Program-made: the position numbers and the translations under genes
Shown: positions 22,097 through 32,740 of the stretch, one piece after another
Layout of the letters: each line of letters begins with the position of its first letter
Position numbering within the stretch: position 1 is the stretch's first letter
The notes under the pieces: generated by a model
What the model saw: only the letters and a program-made list of their open reading frames with translations
Told to the model about the DNA's origin: nothing
Database searches by the model: none
Origin: Butyricicoccus sp.
GTDB lineage: Bacteria > Bacillota > Clostridia > Oscillospirales > Butyricicoccaceae
NCBI GenBank assembly: GCA_963931655.1
Contig: OZ007036.1
Span: forward strand, 319,783 to 383,782
Reading direction: 5' to 3'
Length of the DNA stretch: 64,000 nucleotides

Positions 22097-23089
22097 TTGC
22101 TAATATCTAAAAATAGCTCTATAGAACAGCAGGTTGCAAAATTAACAAGCGATTTAATGCATAAATATTATTGTGAAAATGATGTACAATTTGTTATAGA
22201 GCAAATGGATAATGATATTATGTGGCTTGGTGCTGGTGAATATGAGTATTTAACAGGTTTCAAAGATGTAAGCAATATTTTTAGAAAATTTGCAGGTCAA
22301 GTGCCAAAATGCAATATATCAGATGAAGAATATAATGTTATTCAAATGTCACCAAAATCATATTTATGTACTGGGCGTATGTGGATTGCCACTGATGAGT
22401 CAACTCAAATAAGCTTGAGAGTACATCAACGTATAACCACAGCATTTAGACAATATGATGAATATATTAAATGCTGTCATATTCATATATCTAATCCATA
22501 TGTCGAGCTGGCAGAAGAGGACATTGGATTTCCTAACAAAATGGCAAAACAGTCTTATGATTATTTACAAGAACAGATAGAAAGACAAAAAAAGAAAATT
22601 TTGGAACAAACACTTGTGCTTGAGAAAATGAGTTATCAAGACACTTTAACAGGATTATATAATAGAAATAAGTTTAATGAAATTTTAGATGTTGAACAAA
22701 GTGTAAATCATATAGGTGTTGCTTGCTTTGATTTAAATGGATTAAAAGAAATTAATGATAGGTTTGGGCATAGTGCAGGAGACGAAATAATTTGCAACAC
22801 AGCAGAACATATTAATAAATTCTTTTATGGAAAAGGATATCGTACAGGCGGAGATGAGTTTGTTGTAATAGATAGTGAAATGAATGAAGCCCAATTTTAT
22901 AATACAGTGAATTTAGCTAAAAAAGCAATGGAACAAGCTGGTATAAGTTGTTCAGTCGGTGCTTGTTGGAGAATTGATAATTGTAATGTCAAACAACAAC
23001 TTGACCAAGCAGATAAGCTTATGTATAAAGAGAAAAGAGAACATTATAAAAGACAAAATAATATCAGACATTTTCGTGAATATAAATAA
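22097..23089 (+). CDS. Diguanylate cyclase with N-terminal SnoaL/NTF2-like domain
   Basis: DTLTGLYNR, DLNGLKEINDRFGHSAGD, GGDEF intact; N-terminus ends in CCHIHIS. Confidence 0.85.
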   Translation: MLISKNSSIEQQVAKLTSDLMHKYYCENDVQFVIEQMDNDIMWLGAGEYEYLTGFKDVSNIFRKFAGQVPKCNISDEEYNVIQMSPKSYLCTGRMWIATDESTQISLRVHQRITTAFRQYDEYIKCCHIHISNPYVELAEEDIGFPNKMAKQSYDYLQEQIERQKKKILEQTLVLEKMSYQDTLTGLYNRNKFNEILDVEQSVNHIGVACFDLNGLKEINDRFGHSAGDEIICNTAEHINKFFYGKGYRTGGDEFVVIDSEMNEAQFYNTVNLAKKAMEQAGISCSVGACWRIDNCNVKQQLDQADKLMYKEKREHYKRQNNIRHFREYK

Positions 23090-23117
23090 TATAATTTTAA
23101 TAGCCACACAAAAATAA

Positions 23118-23142
23118 AAGCCGCCAATATCATTGGCGGCTT
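23118..23142. terminator. Bidirectional terminator
   Basis: aagccgccaat / attggcggctt between convergent genes. Confidence 0.75.
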
Positions 23143-23163
23143 AAAGTTTATGTAATCACTTAA

Positions 23164-24015
23164 TTACTTCTTGGAGTAATCGTAGAAACCAACACCAGTC
23201 TTACGACCAAGCTTACCAGCTCTTACCATCTTTCTTAGAAGGGTGTGAGCTCTGTATTTAGGGTCGCCATATTCAGTGTATAGTACGTCCATAATAGCAA
23301 GGCAAACATCAAGACCGATAAGGTCGCCTAGCTCTAGAGGACCCATTGGGTGGTTAGCACCTAGCTTCATAGCGGTGTCGATACCCTTAGCATCAGCAAC
23401 ACCATCAGCCAGAATACCAATACCCTCGTTAATCATAGGGATAAGAATTCTGTTTACAACGAAACCAGGAGCTTCAGCAACTTCAACAGGAGTTTTGCCA
23501 AGAGCTTCAGTTAGAGCAAGGATAGTAGCCTTTGTTTCTTCGGAAGTAGTTAAACCCTTAATGATTTCAACCAGCTTCATAACTGGAACTGGGTTAAAGA
23601 AGTGCATACCAATAATCTTATCTGGTCTGCTAGTAGCAGCAGCGATTTCGGTGATAGATAGGGAAGAAGTGTTAGTAGCAATGATAGTTTCTGGCTTACA
23701 TAGCTTGTCTAGTTCAGCAAACAGAGCCTTCTTAGCTTCCATATCCTCAGTAGCAGCTTCAATTACTAGGTCAGCATCAGCGATGATGTTGATATCAGTA
23801 GAACCAGAAATTCTGCCGAATACGGTTTCAGCCTCTTCAGCTGTCATTTTGCCCTTAGTAACCAGTTTATCAAGGTTCTTTTTAACAGTAGCAAGACCTT
23901 TTTCAACAGAGCTTTCTCTTCTAGCTCTCATTACAACTTCATATCCATTCTGAGCTAGAACCTGAATGATTCCAGCACCCATAGTACCAGTGCCTAATAC
24001 GCCAATCTTTTTCAT
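23164..24015 (-). CDS. hbd: 3-hydroxybutyryl-CoA dehydrogenase
   Basis: [47 protein letters not shown]. Confidence 0.95.
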   Translation of the reverse strand: MKKIGVLGTGTMGAGIIQVLAQNGYEVVMRARRESSVEKGLATVKKNLDKLVTKGKMTAEEAETVFGRISGSTDINIIADADLVIEAATEDMEAKKALFAELDKLCKPETIIATNTSSLSITEIAAATSRPDKIIGMHFFNPVPVMKLVEIIKGLTTSEETKATILALTEALGKTPVEVAEAPGFVVNRILIPMINEGIGILADGVADAKGIDTAMKLGANHPMGPLELGDLIGLDVCLAIMDVLYTEYGDPKYRAHTLLRKMVRAGKLGRKTGVGFYDYSKK

Positions 24016-24056
24016 TAGAGAGTGCCTCCTTAAGTGTTTTTAAGCTTATAAAATGT

Positions 24057-24074
24057 TTGTTAAAAAATTAACTC
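24057..24074. promoter_or_regulatory. Rex operator upstream of hbd
   Basis: TTGTTAA-AAAA-TTAACTC versus the clostridial Rex consensus TTGTTAANNNNTTAACAA. Confidence 0.7.
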
Positions 24075-24187
24075 TCATTACTTAATATTATATCATAAAA
24101 AAAACAAAAGAAAAGACCTAATATGAAAAATATTACGATTTTTTTTAAATATATTACATTTAATTCATAGTATAAAACTATATAATA

Positions 24188-25558
24188 TTACTTTTTAACA
24201 GAATTTAATCGTTGCTGCAAAATTTTATCAATAAAACGAATAAATATAAATATACTAACAATAGGTGCTAATATATCTGATATTGGTTCGGAGAAAAATA
24301 TAGCTCTTGCACCAAAAAAAGCAGGCAGTATAAATAGTGCAGCAAAATATATTATTTTACGCCAGAAAGACAAAGAAAGAGCAAATTTAACTTGTCCCAT
24401 AGCAGTAAACATATCAACTATAGCATATTGAACGCCAAGAGGAATTATAAATAATGTGCATATATGAATAGCTTTTATAGCTTCATTTGCTAAAGCTTGA
24501 TTTTGAGTGAAAAGACCAACAAAATAAGGGCTTATAGTCCATGCAAATATAAACATAATAGATGTATATATAGCACATAATAAAATTATAAATCTATAGG
24601 CTTTTTTAACACGCTCAATAAGACATGCACCGTAATTAAAGCTTATAAGTCCTTGTGTGCCGCTGCTTATTCCACTAAGCGGCATGGTGACAATAAGCAT
24701 AAAACTTTGTACTATTGTTGCACATGTTACAAGCATATCGCCCTCTTTTATTCCGCCATAGTTTTGGAGTAAAGCATTCATTGCTATAATCATAAGATTA
24801 TCCATCGCTATTATAATAAATGGACAAAAACCAAAAATAACTATACGCTTTATAATTTTTAAATCATAACCTGAAAATTCAAGCCTTATTGCCATATGTT
24901 TTCTTGTAAGCATTCTTAAAACATATAATGAAGAAAAAATTTGAGAAGTCACAGTTGCTATTGCTGCACCTCTTACACCCATATCAAATACAAATATAAA
25001 TACAGGGTCTAAAACAATATTAGTTACAGCACCAATTATAACAGCTCTCATAGCGGCTTTTGAGTAACCTTGGCATATAACAAATTGATTAAGACCAACT
25101 GCTATAAGTGCAAATGGAGTACCAAGTAAATAAGTAAAAAAGTAAGGTTCTGCATAGCTTAGTGTGATATCCGAAGCACCAAAGGATTGTAAAATAGGCA
25201 CTCTAAATGGTAAAATAAGCAAATATACCAATATACTACATATAATAACAAGTAATGAACTATTAGCTAGCACCTTTCTTGAATATTTTGTATCGCCCTC
25301 ACCCATACTTATACCAGCGATTGGAGCACCTCCAACGCCTATTAAATAAGCAAAGGAACTTACCATAGTTACAATAGGACCACACACACCAACACCCGCT
25401 AGAGCAATATCTCCAACTTCTGGAATATTGCCAATATATATTCTATCAACAATACTGTATAATACATTTACAAATTGTGCAATCATACTTGGAATTGCTA
25501 TTTTAAGCACTAATTTTTTTATTTCATCATTAGCTAAATCATTTTCTCTTTTCATCAT
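24188..25558 (-). CDS. MATE family efflux transporter
   Basis: IAIPSMIAQFVNVLYSIVDRIYIG, NIVLDPVFIF; about 12 TMs. Confidence 0.92.
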   Translation of the reverse strand: MMKRENDLANDEIKKLVLKIAIPSMIAQFVNVLYSIVDRIYIGNIPEVGDIALAGVGVCGPIVTMVSSFAYLIGVGGAPIAGISMGEGDTKYSRKVLANSSLLVIICSILVYLLILPFRVPILQSFGASDITLSYAEPYFFTYLLGTPFALIAVGLNQFVICQGYSKAAMRAVIIGAVTNIVLDPVFIFVFDMGVRGAAIATVTSQIFSSLYVLRMLTRKHMAIRLEFSGYDLKIIKRIVIFGFCPFIIIAMDNLMIIAMNALLQNYGGIKEGDMLVTCATIVQSFMLIVTMPLSGISSGTQGLISFNYGACLIERVKKAYRFIILLCAIYTSIMFIFAWTISPYFVGLFTQNQALANEAIKAIHICTLFIIPLGVQYAIVDMFTAMGQVKFALSLSFWRKIIYFAALFILPAFFGARAIFFSEPISDILAPIVSIFIFIRFIDKILQQRLNSVKK

Positions 25559-25629
25559 TTTTCACCATATAAATTTTATTATAATAAACAACTAAAAAAG
25601 ACTGCTGCATTTTTGCAACAGTCTTTTAT

Positions 25630-25890
25630 TTATGCTTTTTGGGTTTCATAAGCTTGACGAACTAAGCGTGCGAGCTGGTCAGAACATGAAGTACCTTTTC
25701 CAGCACAATCTATACCATTAAACATTTGGTCAAGCTGCTCTACGGTCATGCCATCAACCACTCGGCTAAGTGCTTGTAAATTACCAGGACAACCGCCAGT
25801 AAATTTCACATTGTGGAGTATATTTCCGTCTAAATCAAAAGAAATCTGTTTAGGGCATACTCCCTTTGGTTTTAGTTCAAAATGTGTCAT
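25630..25890 (-). CDS. TIGR03905 family TSCPD-domain protein
   Basis: KPKGVC, FTGGCPGNL, TSCSDQL. Confidence 0.85.
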   Translation of the reverse strand: MTHFELKPKGVCPKQISFDLDGNILHNVKFTGGCPGNLQALSRVVDGMTVEQLDQMFNGIDCAGKGTSCSDQLARLVRQAYETQKA

Positions 25891-25914
25891 ATGTCTCTCC
25901 TTAAATAAAAAAAG

Positions 25915-26625
25915 TTATAAATCACATAATGTATGTATTTGTTTAGCTGCATGTTCAAAATTATCAGCTACATAAAATGGTTTGTCAAGCTTTGGAATAG
26001 CTTCACCTTTCCAGTTTAGCCACATTGCTTGCATATTAAAATCTAATGCACCCTTAATATCATGTTTGATACTATCGCCAACCATTAGCGTTTGTTTAGG
26101 CGATACATTTAATTTTTTACATGCTAAATCAAAAATAGGAGCATGAGGTTTATCACGTCCAGCATCTTCACTGCTTATTAATATACCGCAAATATCCTCA
26201 AGACCTAGTTTACAAAGCTTTTTCATTTGAACATCTGCAAGCATATTTGTACAAATACCAACAGGGATATTTGCATTTTTAAGTTCAGTAAGCAATTTTT
26301 CAACACCATTATGTATAACCATATTATCAATAACAGTGTTCCAGTATATATCATTCATATTTTGAGCGTATTTAAAAGGATTTACACCAATAGCCTCCAA
26401 GCCCCATTTTGCAAAAAGTGTACGATTATGCATTTCAGGTTCATATGGACAGTGTTTTCTTAAAAGCTCTCTGCCATTATTCATAGCATCAGCAGCTTTT
26501 TTTGCATCTATGCCTATTTCTTTTGATAGATATTCACCAGCAGCCATTAAACCCAATTTATCACAGCTTTTAAAATCCCCATACAACGTATCATCTAAAT
26601 CAAATAATACAGCTTTAATTGTCAT
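25915..26625 (-). CDS. HAD family hydrolase
   Basis: FDLDDTLY, KPHAPIF, MVGDSIKHDIKGA. Confidence 0.9.
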   Translation of the reverse strand: MTIKAVLFDLDDTLYGDFKSCDKLGLMAAGEYLSKEIGIDAKKAADAMNNGRELLRKHCPYEPEMHNRTLFAKWGLEAIGVNPFKYAQNMNDIYWNTVIDNMVIHNGVEKLLTELKNANIPVGICTNMLADVQMKKLCKLGLEDICGILISSEDAGRDKPHAPIFDLACKKLNVSPKQTLMVGDSIKHDIKGALDFNMQAMWLNWKGEAIPKLDKPFYVADNFEHAAKQIHTLCDL

Positions 26626-26646
26626 TTATCTTTTTCTCCAACAATA

Positions 26647-27204
26647 TTAAAGTAAATCTTCATTATAAACTGCTCGACTTCCACCAACAAATTTAGGACG
26701 AGTTCTTGCAGCAAGTAAGGTAGCTTCACCAAGAGTTTTAACTGAAAGACGCAAAGGAACAGCTACTTCTTTTAAATGCATACCAATTAATGTTCCACCA
26801 ATATCAATTCCAGCAGCAGCTTTATAACAAAGGCTTTCAACTGCAACAGGATTTTCAAATGCATTATATGCAGCGGTAGCAAAAGAACCACCTGCTTTAG
26901 GTTGAGGGATAACATTTACCTCAGTTAGATTATATTTAACTGCTGCATCATGTTCGATAATTATAGCACGGTTAAGATGTTCACAACACTGTGCAGCTAG
27001 AAATAAATTATTCTCACGAATAACAGGTAAAATAGCATTTACAATAGTTTTCGCAATATCAGGACTGGAGTCAGTTCCGATTTTATGTCCAGCGACTTCA
27101 CTTGATGAGCAACCAACAACAATAATATCACCCGCTTTAAGTTTTGATAGACTTATAAGTTCGGTAATTATTTGATTAGCTTGTACACTGATACAATCAA
27201 ACAT
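26647..27204 (-). CDS. TIGR01440/DUF436 (YwlG-like) protein
   Basis: VVGCSSSEV, AQCCEHLNRA, GIDIGGTLIGMHL, RPKFVGG. Confidence 0.88.
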   Translation of the reverse strand: MFDCISVQANQIITELISLSKLKAGDIIVVGCSSSEVAGHKIGTDSSPDIAKTIVNAILPVIRENNLFLAAQCCEHLNRAIIIEHDAAVKYNLTEVNVIPQPKAGGSFATAAYNAFENPVAVESLCYKAAAGIDIGGTLIGMHLKEVAVPLRLSVKTLGEATLLAARTRPKFVGGSRAVYNEDLL

Positions 27205-27293
27205 AAAAAATCCCTCCTAATAAATTTTATATCAACTAAGTATAACATAAAAAATATAAATTTTCAAACTATACACCAATTTAATTTTATAGG

Positions 27294-27301
27294 CATAGAA
27301 T
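27294..27301 (+). promoter_or_regulatory. Possible sigma-E/sigma-K -10 element of the cotJ operon
   Basis: CATAGAAT fits CATA-NNN-T about 50 bp upstream of cotJA; cotJ is sigma-E dependent in B. subtilis. The -35 element is not clearly identifiable. Confidence 0.4.
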
Positions 27302-27350
27302 AATGCACAACGCCTTTGCGTTAGATAAATGAAAGGAGAAGTGAGATTTT

Positions 27351-27659
27351 ATGGAGAAACAGCTGAAACCTATAAAACCCGAAGCGGGAAAATCGATTTC
27401 TGAAAAGAAAAAGCAAAATGATGTTACTGCATCACCGGGAGAAGGTCCATTACCACTTCCAACACCAAGTTTACCATCAGGCTCTTGTATTTTGCCAAGT
27501 GATAGTATAAATCCAGATTTATTATCACTTGCAATGGCATTTGTACCAACTCAAACATGGAAAACACCATATAATTATGATGTTGCACTAAAAAGGGGTA
27601 CAGTATTTCCTTGTCTTGATAAGCCATTTATTGGAGAGGAGGCATATAATAATGACTAA
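27351..27659 (+). CDS. cotJA: Spore coat associated protein CotJA
   Basis: C-terminal LAMAFVPTQTW...ALKRGTVFPCLDKPF motif; first gene of the cotJ operon. Confidence 0.85.
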   Translation: MEKQLKPIKPEAGKSISEKKKQNDVTASPGEGPLPLPTPSLPSGSCILPSDSINPDLLSLAMAFVPTQTWKTPYNYDVALKRGTVFPCLDKPFIGEEAYNND

Positions 27660-27906
27660 TAGAGAAAATATGCTTCAAAAAATTAGAGAATATGATTTTA
27701 CAATGATAGATACAGCACTTTTTTTAAATTCTCACCCTAAAGATGCAATGGCACTAGACCATTTTCGTAAGGCAAGAGAAAAATATAATAAAGCAGTTGC
27801 AGATTTTGAAAGTAAATATGGAGTGCTTACCATGAAAAATATGGATAATAATTTACAGTGGACTTGGATAGATGACCCATGGCCTTGGGAAGGAGCTGAT
27901 AATTAA
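27652..27906 (+). CDS. cotJB: Spore coat protein CotJB
   Basis: DTALFLNSHP...WTWIDDPWPWE; stop overlaps the cotJC start (TAATG). Confidence 0.92.
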   Translation: MTNRENMLQKIREYDFTMIDTALFLNSHPKDAMALDHFRKAREKYNKAVADFESKYGVLTMKNMDNNLQWTWIDDPWPWEGADN

Positions 27907-28092
27907 TGTGGGGTTATGAAAAAAAACTACAATATCCTGTTAAAATTAAAAATCCAGACCCTGTTGCAGCAAAAATTATAATGACACAATTAGGTGGCCC
28001 AGATGGTGAGATGGGAGCAGCAACAAGATATTTAAATCAACGTTACACTATGCCATATAAAGAATGTAAAGCAATTTTAACTGATATAGGTA
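27906..28092 (+). CDS. cotJC: cotJC (Mn-catalase family) segment 1, aa 1-62
   Basis: MWGYEKKLQYPVKI...GGPDGEMGAATRYLNQR...ILTDIG; similarity stops abruptly at the core ATATAGGTA. Confidence 0.93.
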
Positions 28093-28115
28093 TATCAGTA
28101 TCTATAATGTACCTT
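28084..28115 (+). other. attL of element 1
   Basis: Core ATATAGGTA (28084-28092) followed by arm agtatctataatgtacctt (28097-28115), which is the inverse of 45002-45020. Confidence 0.88.
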
Positions 28116-28121
28116 TAATTA

Positions 28122-28601
28122 TTATTTTATATTTATAACTTTTAAACCGTTTTTAACTGCATATTTAGTGGTATAAGCAGTGCCACCGCTATTTTTATAC
28201 TGATATGCAATACATACAGATGATATATCAACAAGTTGCCTATCTCTTTTATAATAACAGCCACGACTATAAGCATCTTGGGTATATATAACCCTTGAGG
28301 CTTTATTTTTATGATTTTCAAGCTGTATTATTTCTTCTGTACCCCATGTTTTCTCATGTTCGTAATGATTTTGAAAAGGTAAAATCAGAATTAGTTGTAT
28401 ATTTGGGTATTTTTCTTTAAGAGAAATAATAACTTCAGCGGCAAGTGCGTCAAAACCTCTTGCACCACCAGTACAAAAATATAAATATCCGTTTTCTATA
28501 AGTAATTCAACAGTATCATATACAGTTGAGAATAAAATATCTTGATTTTCTTTTAATAATCGGTGTCCTGTGAAACAGACAGTTTTTTCTTTATAAATCA
28601 T
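28122..28601 (-). CDS. DUF1273/SLOG (YpsA-like) protein
   Basis: CFTGHR, TGGARGFDALAA, SGGTAYT. Confidence 0.8.
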   Translation of the reverse strand: MIYKEKTVCFTGHRLLKENQDILFSTVYDTVELLIENGYLYFCTGGARGFDALAAEVIISLKEKYPNIQLILILPFQNHYEHEKTWGTEEIIQLENHKNKASRVIYTQDAYSRGCYYKRDRQLVDISSVCIAYQYKNSGGTAYTTKYAVKNGLKVINIK

Positions 28602-28700
28602 AATATCACCTCTATTACATATAATTATATTATATGTAATACTTAGTTTTGTCCAGTATTACTTCCATCTAAAATAGAAGCAAAAGACGGAGGTGTACTT

Positions 28701-29054
28701 GTGAAAAAAGAAATAAATGTATTAGTAGGCAAAAATATAAGATTTTACAGAGAAAATCGTGGTTATACTCGTGAAAAATTAGCAGAATTATTGAGTGTAA
28801 GTCCAAAGTTTTTATATGATTGTGAAGTTGGTAGTGTGGGTATATCTCTTTCTACATTAAAAAAGGTTTGTGAAATTTTAGGTGTTTCTGCTGATTGCTT
28901 ACTTTGGGATAATAAAAATGAAAAATTAGATATTTCAGAGCGTTTGAAACATATACCATCTGAATATATTGAAATAATTGAAAAACTAATACAAAATCAA
29001 CTCGAAATTATCGCTATCGCCACAAAAGAACCTCAAAAGAAAACAAGAAATTAA
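28701..29054 (+). CDS. XRE-family HTH regulator
   Basis: IRFYRENRGYTREKLAELLSVS...LKKVCEILGVSADCLL. Confidence 0.85.
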   Translation: MKKEINVLVGKNIRFYRENRGYTREKLAELLSVSPKFLYDCEVGSVGISLSTLKKVCEILGVSADCLLWDNKNEKLDISERLKHIPSEYIEIIEKLIQNQLEIIAIATKEPQKKTRN

Positions 29055-29140
29055 AAAAGATGCCGTAAATGGCATCTTTTTTTTGTTGACTTTAGTTTTT
29101 TCGGGACGATACTATAATAGAAAAATGGCGGTGATTAATT

Positions 29141-29488
29141 ATGACAGCGTATGACGTACTGTATAAGGGTTTTAAAAAGTGGTATGGCGTTTTTGTAGGT
29201 ATGCAGATGAAGTATATCGGCACTACTTATATTGATTTTGATGGATTTTGGGAAGATGTTCAAGAACTTAAAATGGACGGTCTTGTGATAGATACAGAGC
29301 CGCCGAAAATTGTGGGTTTAGCGGGATTAGAAGGTATAACCTATTCAAAATGGGAGGTGTTTGAAAAACTTAAGAATAAAAGTTTTTCAACGGGATATAA
29401 ATATTTTACTTTAAGTACAAGTCAGTATGATGAAATGTTTTTGCTATATGGGTATAAAAACAAAGAAAGAAATGCTAAAAAGTTTTAA
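29141..29488 (+). CDS. Hypothetical protein
   Basis: 115-aa ORF with GCGGTGA RBS; no motif recognised. Confidence 0.55.
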   Translation: MTAYDVLYKGFKKWYGVFVGMQMKYIGTTYIDFDGFWEDVQELKMDGLVIDTEPPKIVGLAGLEGITYSKWEVFEKLKNKSFSTGYKYFTLSTSQYDEMFLLYGYKNKERNAKKF

Positions 29489-29543
29489 ATTACAGAAAAA
29501 ATCGCACGATTTTTATATTTCAGTATATTTTAAGATGTAGGAA

Positions 29544-29891
29544 GTGTTAGATATGAGTTTTAAAGCAGATTTAGAGCAATTTTTCGAGAGCGAACAGACA
29601 GACTATGAATATAAGTTTAGTTATGATGTTGAAAATCTAGTACGTATAGATTATTTGAAATATATAAAATTAAATAAGGCAAATAATAACTTTGAATATC
29701 ATAATTTTCTTTGTTGGAAGATTGATGGTGAGATTAGGAAAGGTTTAAGTCTTTACGGTGATTTAGAACCGGAATGGGAGTGGTTACGTTACTACTATAA
29801 GGTAGAAACGGAAAAAGACATAGATTTTTCTTCTTATGAACCGTTTAGATTATGGGTACTCTTAGATTTTATTTTACAACTTAGCGAATAA
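29544..29891 (+). CDS. Hypothetical protein
   Basis: 115-aa acidic ORF followed by a terminator-like hairpin; no motif recognised. Confidence 0.5.
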   Translation: MLDMSFKADLEQFFESEQTDYEYKFSYDVENLVRIDYLKYIKLNKANNNFEYHNFLCWKIDGEIRKGLSLYGDLEPEWEWLRYYYKVETEKDIDFSSYEPFRLWVLLDFILQLSE

Positions 29892-30026
29892 GGATACGCT
29901 CCATTTTGGGGCGTTTTTTTATTGTCAAATTATAATAATACGCATGTAAGATGACAAAAGAGTACATGTGTGTTCATATGACTACAGTTGATTTTATATT
30001 CATATGAAATTAATAAAAGGTGGTAA

Positions 30027-30802
30027 ATGAAGATGAAATCTAAAAAAATATATGTGCGTGTAAGTGATAAACGCTATGAGTTTTTGGTAAATAAATCTGA
30101 AGTCGCATATACACTGTGGCAACATTCGGTTAAAGTTGGAATGGCGGGTTATAGTGAAAAGTTTAACAGATTTTTCCATACTATATAACTTATTTCGGGA
30201 ATAAGATTTTTTTAGTAAATCCTATTGAAGGTTGGGTTAAGGCATTTAAGAGAAGCGGAAAATTAAGAAAAAAGAAAATAAATGGTATTTTAACAGGTGT
30301 TATCAATCATAAACGTGTAGTTTTAGCAGCAACAAGCGAAGGGTTATATGTACCGCTTATTGAAGAAAACACTTTTTTTGGTTTAAAAGAAATACAGCCT
30401 ACATATTTAGCACAAAAAGATAACAAAAAATCAGAACGTAAGAAAAAACGTGAGAAAGGTTTAAAGTCAAAGGAAAAACCTTGGCTTACAACAACGTTAG
30501 ACAAGATAGGTAATTCCACTTTTACTATTAAAACACATTCTATGATAGCGCTTATGATATTTGGGCTTGAGGTTATGAAATACGGCGTCATGGAAGGCAA
30601 TAGTATTTTTACTATAGACCACATAAATGGAATACATAATGATAATAATATCGAAAACCTACAGCTATTAACAAGAATATCGAATGATAAGAAAAGAAAT
30701 AAACCGCAAAATTGGTATTTAGATTATTTTATTTATTGGGATACAAGAGTAAGACAAGCAAGGATAAATCAAGAATATTTGGATTTTAGAAGAAGAATCT
30801 GA
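30027..30802 (+). CDS. HNH endonuclease (apparent frameshift at ~30172)
   Basis: TIDHINGIHNDNNIENLQLL HNH motif. That frame is open from about 30176 without a start codon and joins ATG 30027 (AAAGGTGG RBS) if one T is added to the T5 run at 30171-30175. Confidence 0.7.
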
Positions 30803-30880
30803 TTGAAATTTAATTTAGTAAATGAAAAAAGTGATTATTGCCGATTTGCGTTGCAGTAATCACTTTAATATTTGATAAAT

Positions 30881-31804
30881 TTAAATCTTTCCGGAATAAA
30901 AATTATATAGAGTTTGTAATGTCTTGTATTTATAATCTGTTTCAATATCCAGTTTAGATAGGACTTCTTCTGATAAAGGTATGTCTATATTAACATTTTT
31001 TTCTTTAGTAATTTGGGCTGTCATAACTTGTAGTTCTTCTTTTATTTTTATTAGTTTATATGTTTTCAATATTTCACTTATTTGTGATAGATTATTCAAA
31101 TCGGTTTCGATTGCGTTGAAAGGGATACAGCCAACTTGAATATTTTTAGTTAAAACCTTTTTTAAATCTTCTAATTTAGAATATTTTGTTAAAATTATTT
31201 TATCAGTAAGCCATTCAAAATGAACATCTTCAAATACATATTTTGGGAAGTAATTTAATGAAAATAAATCCGCAATAATACCTATAATCGGCAAATATGT
31301 TTTACTATTCAATTGAGTATCAGTTTTATAAGTTCTAACATTAAAACCGTTTTCTTGCGACAGTTCAAGTATAATATTTAAGCCGTTTAGTAATTCTCTC
31401 ATATTTGAAGTGACTTCTTCAGGTGAATAACCTTGGTTTTCATAATGATTTTTAGCGTCGTCTAATGCTTTCCATGCACGGTATGAGAAACCATATTTTT
31501 CAAAAGGTGCATACTTAGAAGAATCGTCATGAACTGCAGCGTTGTCATAACCTAAAAGCCAACTTTCGGAAACTCCAAATGCTTCAGCTATTTTTTGTAT
31601 ATGTTTTTGTCGTGGTTGTATATCTTTTTTTAGCCAGTTATCAACCGCTTGAGGAGAAACCCCTGCTACTTTACCGATATCGCTATAAGATAAACCTTTT
31701 TTCTTATTTAATTTTTCCAATAATTCTGAGTTCTTAGGTTTATATGGAGATTTCGGGGACATTAAAGATATTAGATTTTTTGCAAAATTACTATTTTTTA
31801 TCAT
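30881..31804 (-). CDS. Phage-repressor-like XRE HTH protein with large C-terminal domain
   Basis: LSYSDIGKVAGVSPQAVDNW...IAEAFGVSESWLLGY; divergent from the 32062 gene cluster. Confidence 0.75.
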   Translation of the reverse strand: MIKNSNFAKNLISLMSPKSPYKPKNSELLEKLNKKKGLSYSDIGKVAGVSPQAVDNWLKKDIQPRQKHIQKIAEAFGVSESWLLGYDNAAVHDDSSKYAPFEKYGFSYRAWKALDDAKNHYENQGYSPEEVTSNMRELLNGLNIILELSQENGFNVRTYKTDTQLNSKTYLPIIGIIADLFSLNYFPKYVFEDVHFEWLTDKIILTKYSKLEDLKKVLTKNIQVGCIPFNAIETDLNNLSQISEILKTYKLIKIKEELQVMTAQITKEKNVNIDIPLSEEVLSKLDIETDYKYKTLQTLYNFYSGKI

Positions 31805-31851
31805 ATATAAACACCTCTTTTAAATAAGAATACCAGACATATGCAATTACG

Positions 31852-31965
31852 TCAATAAAAAATTGATAATATATAATATATCTATTTTAAATTGAATATT
31901 ATCCTTGCTTACAATAAAATATCAATTTTAATTTTAAATTATAAAACATATCAATAAAAAATTGA
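31852..31965. promoter_or_regulatory. Two identical palindromic operators in the divergent control region
   Basis: TCAAT-AAAAA-ATTGA at 31852-31866 and at 31951-31965. Confidence 0.6.
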
Positions 31966-32061
31966 AGAAAAGAGTTGCGGAGCAAAATACCGTATGATAT
32001 CATAAACACATCAAGAACGTTCTGATAAAAAATAAAATCTAATTGTTAGAAAGGTGTATAA

Positions 32062-32724
32062 ATGATGAATAGTGTTATTTTAGAGGCAAAAGGTGTACTG
32101 ATAAATTATTCTGAGATGTTAAAAAATGCCAAACAAAAACAAAAAGGTATTAAGATGGTAAATAATGAGTGGAGAAAATTAAGTGCAGATATTATTGACC
32201 GCTCTTTTTATAATATCATTTATGCTGGAGTTAGAGTTTTAAATGCTTGCAGAAAACCTTTCGATTTTCAAAAATATTTTGATAGTTTTGATATAAAACT
32301 GGCTGATAATTATGAAAGTCGTAAAAGTTTGCATAATTTTAAGGTTCTTTGGGATTTTTACGCAGATGAAAAGATTAAGCATGTTGTCGATATCTTTATG
32401 GAATATATAAACGATAATATAGATGATATATGTCAGTTTAATGAACAAACATTTGCAATGTGGATTTCATATAAAGTAAAAGAAGATGATTATAATTTTG
32501 ACCGTACTTATAACGATTACTTTAAGGCAACTGTTTCTGAAATACTCAATTTGTTGGAGGTAGATATTTTTTGTAGTAATAATGATTGTGAATACTGTGA
32601 ATGTTGTGAATATTTTAACACCGTTTGGCATAATTTCACATGTGATGAAGATTGTATTGATATTATAGAGTGCCATTATCCAGAAGTTTATCAGAAAATC
32701 GTTAATAGTGCATTCAATGTATAA
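32062..32724 (+). CDS. Hypothetical protein
   Basis: 220-aa ORF, RBS GAAAGGTG, Cys-rich C-terminus. Confidence 0.6.
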   Translation: MMNSVILEAKGVLINYSEMLKNAKQKQKGIKMVNNEWRKLSADIIDRSFYNIIYAGVRVLNACRKPFDFQKYFDSFDIKLADNYESRKSLHNFKVLWDFYADEKIKHVVDIFMEYINDNIDDICQFNEQTFAMWISYKVKEDDYNFDRTYNDYFKATVSEILNLLEVDIFCSNNDCEYCECCEYFNTVWHNFTCDEDCIDIIECHYPEVYQKIVNSAFNV

Positions 32725-32740
32725 TAAGGAGGATGTTTTT

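Noticed and set aside
23164-24015. hbd as horizontally acquired because of higher GC and distinct codon use
   Set aside because: The bias is consistent with a highly expressed metabolic gene; there are no mobility signatures and it has a host-type Rex box.
30165-30180. Programmed -1 frameshift in the HNH gene
   Set aside because: No canonical heptamer or stimulatory hairpin is evident; similar one-base losses elsewhere suggest an indel.
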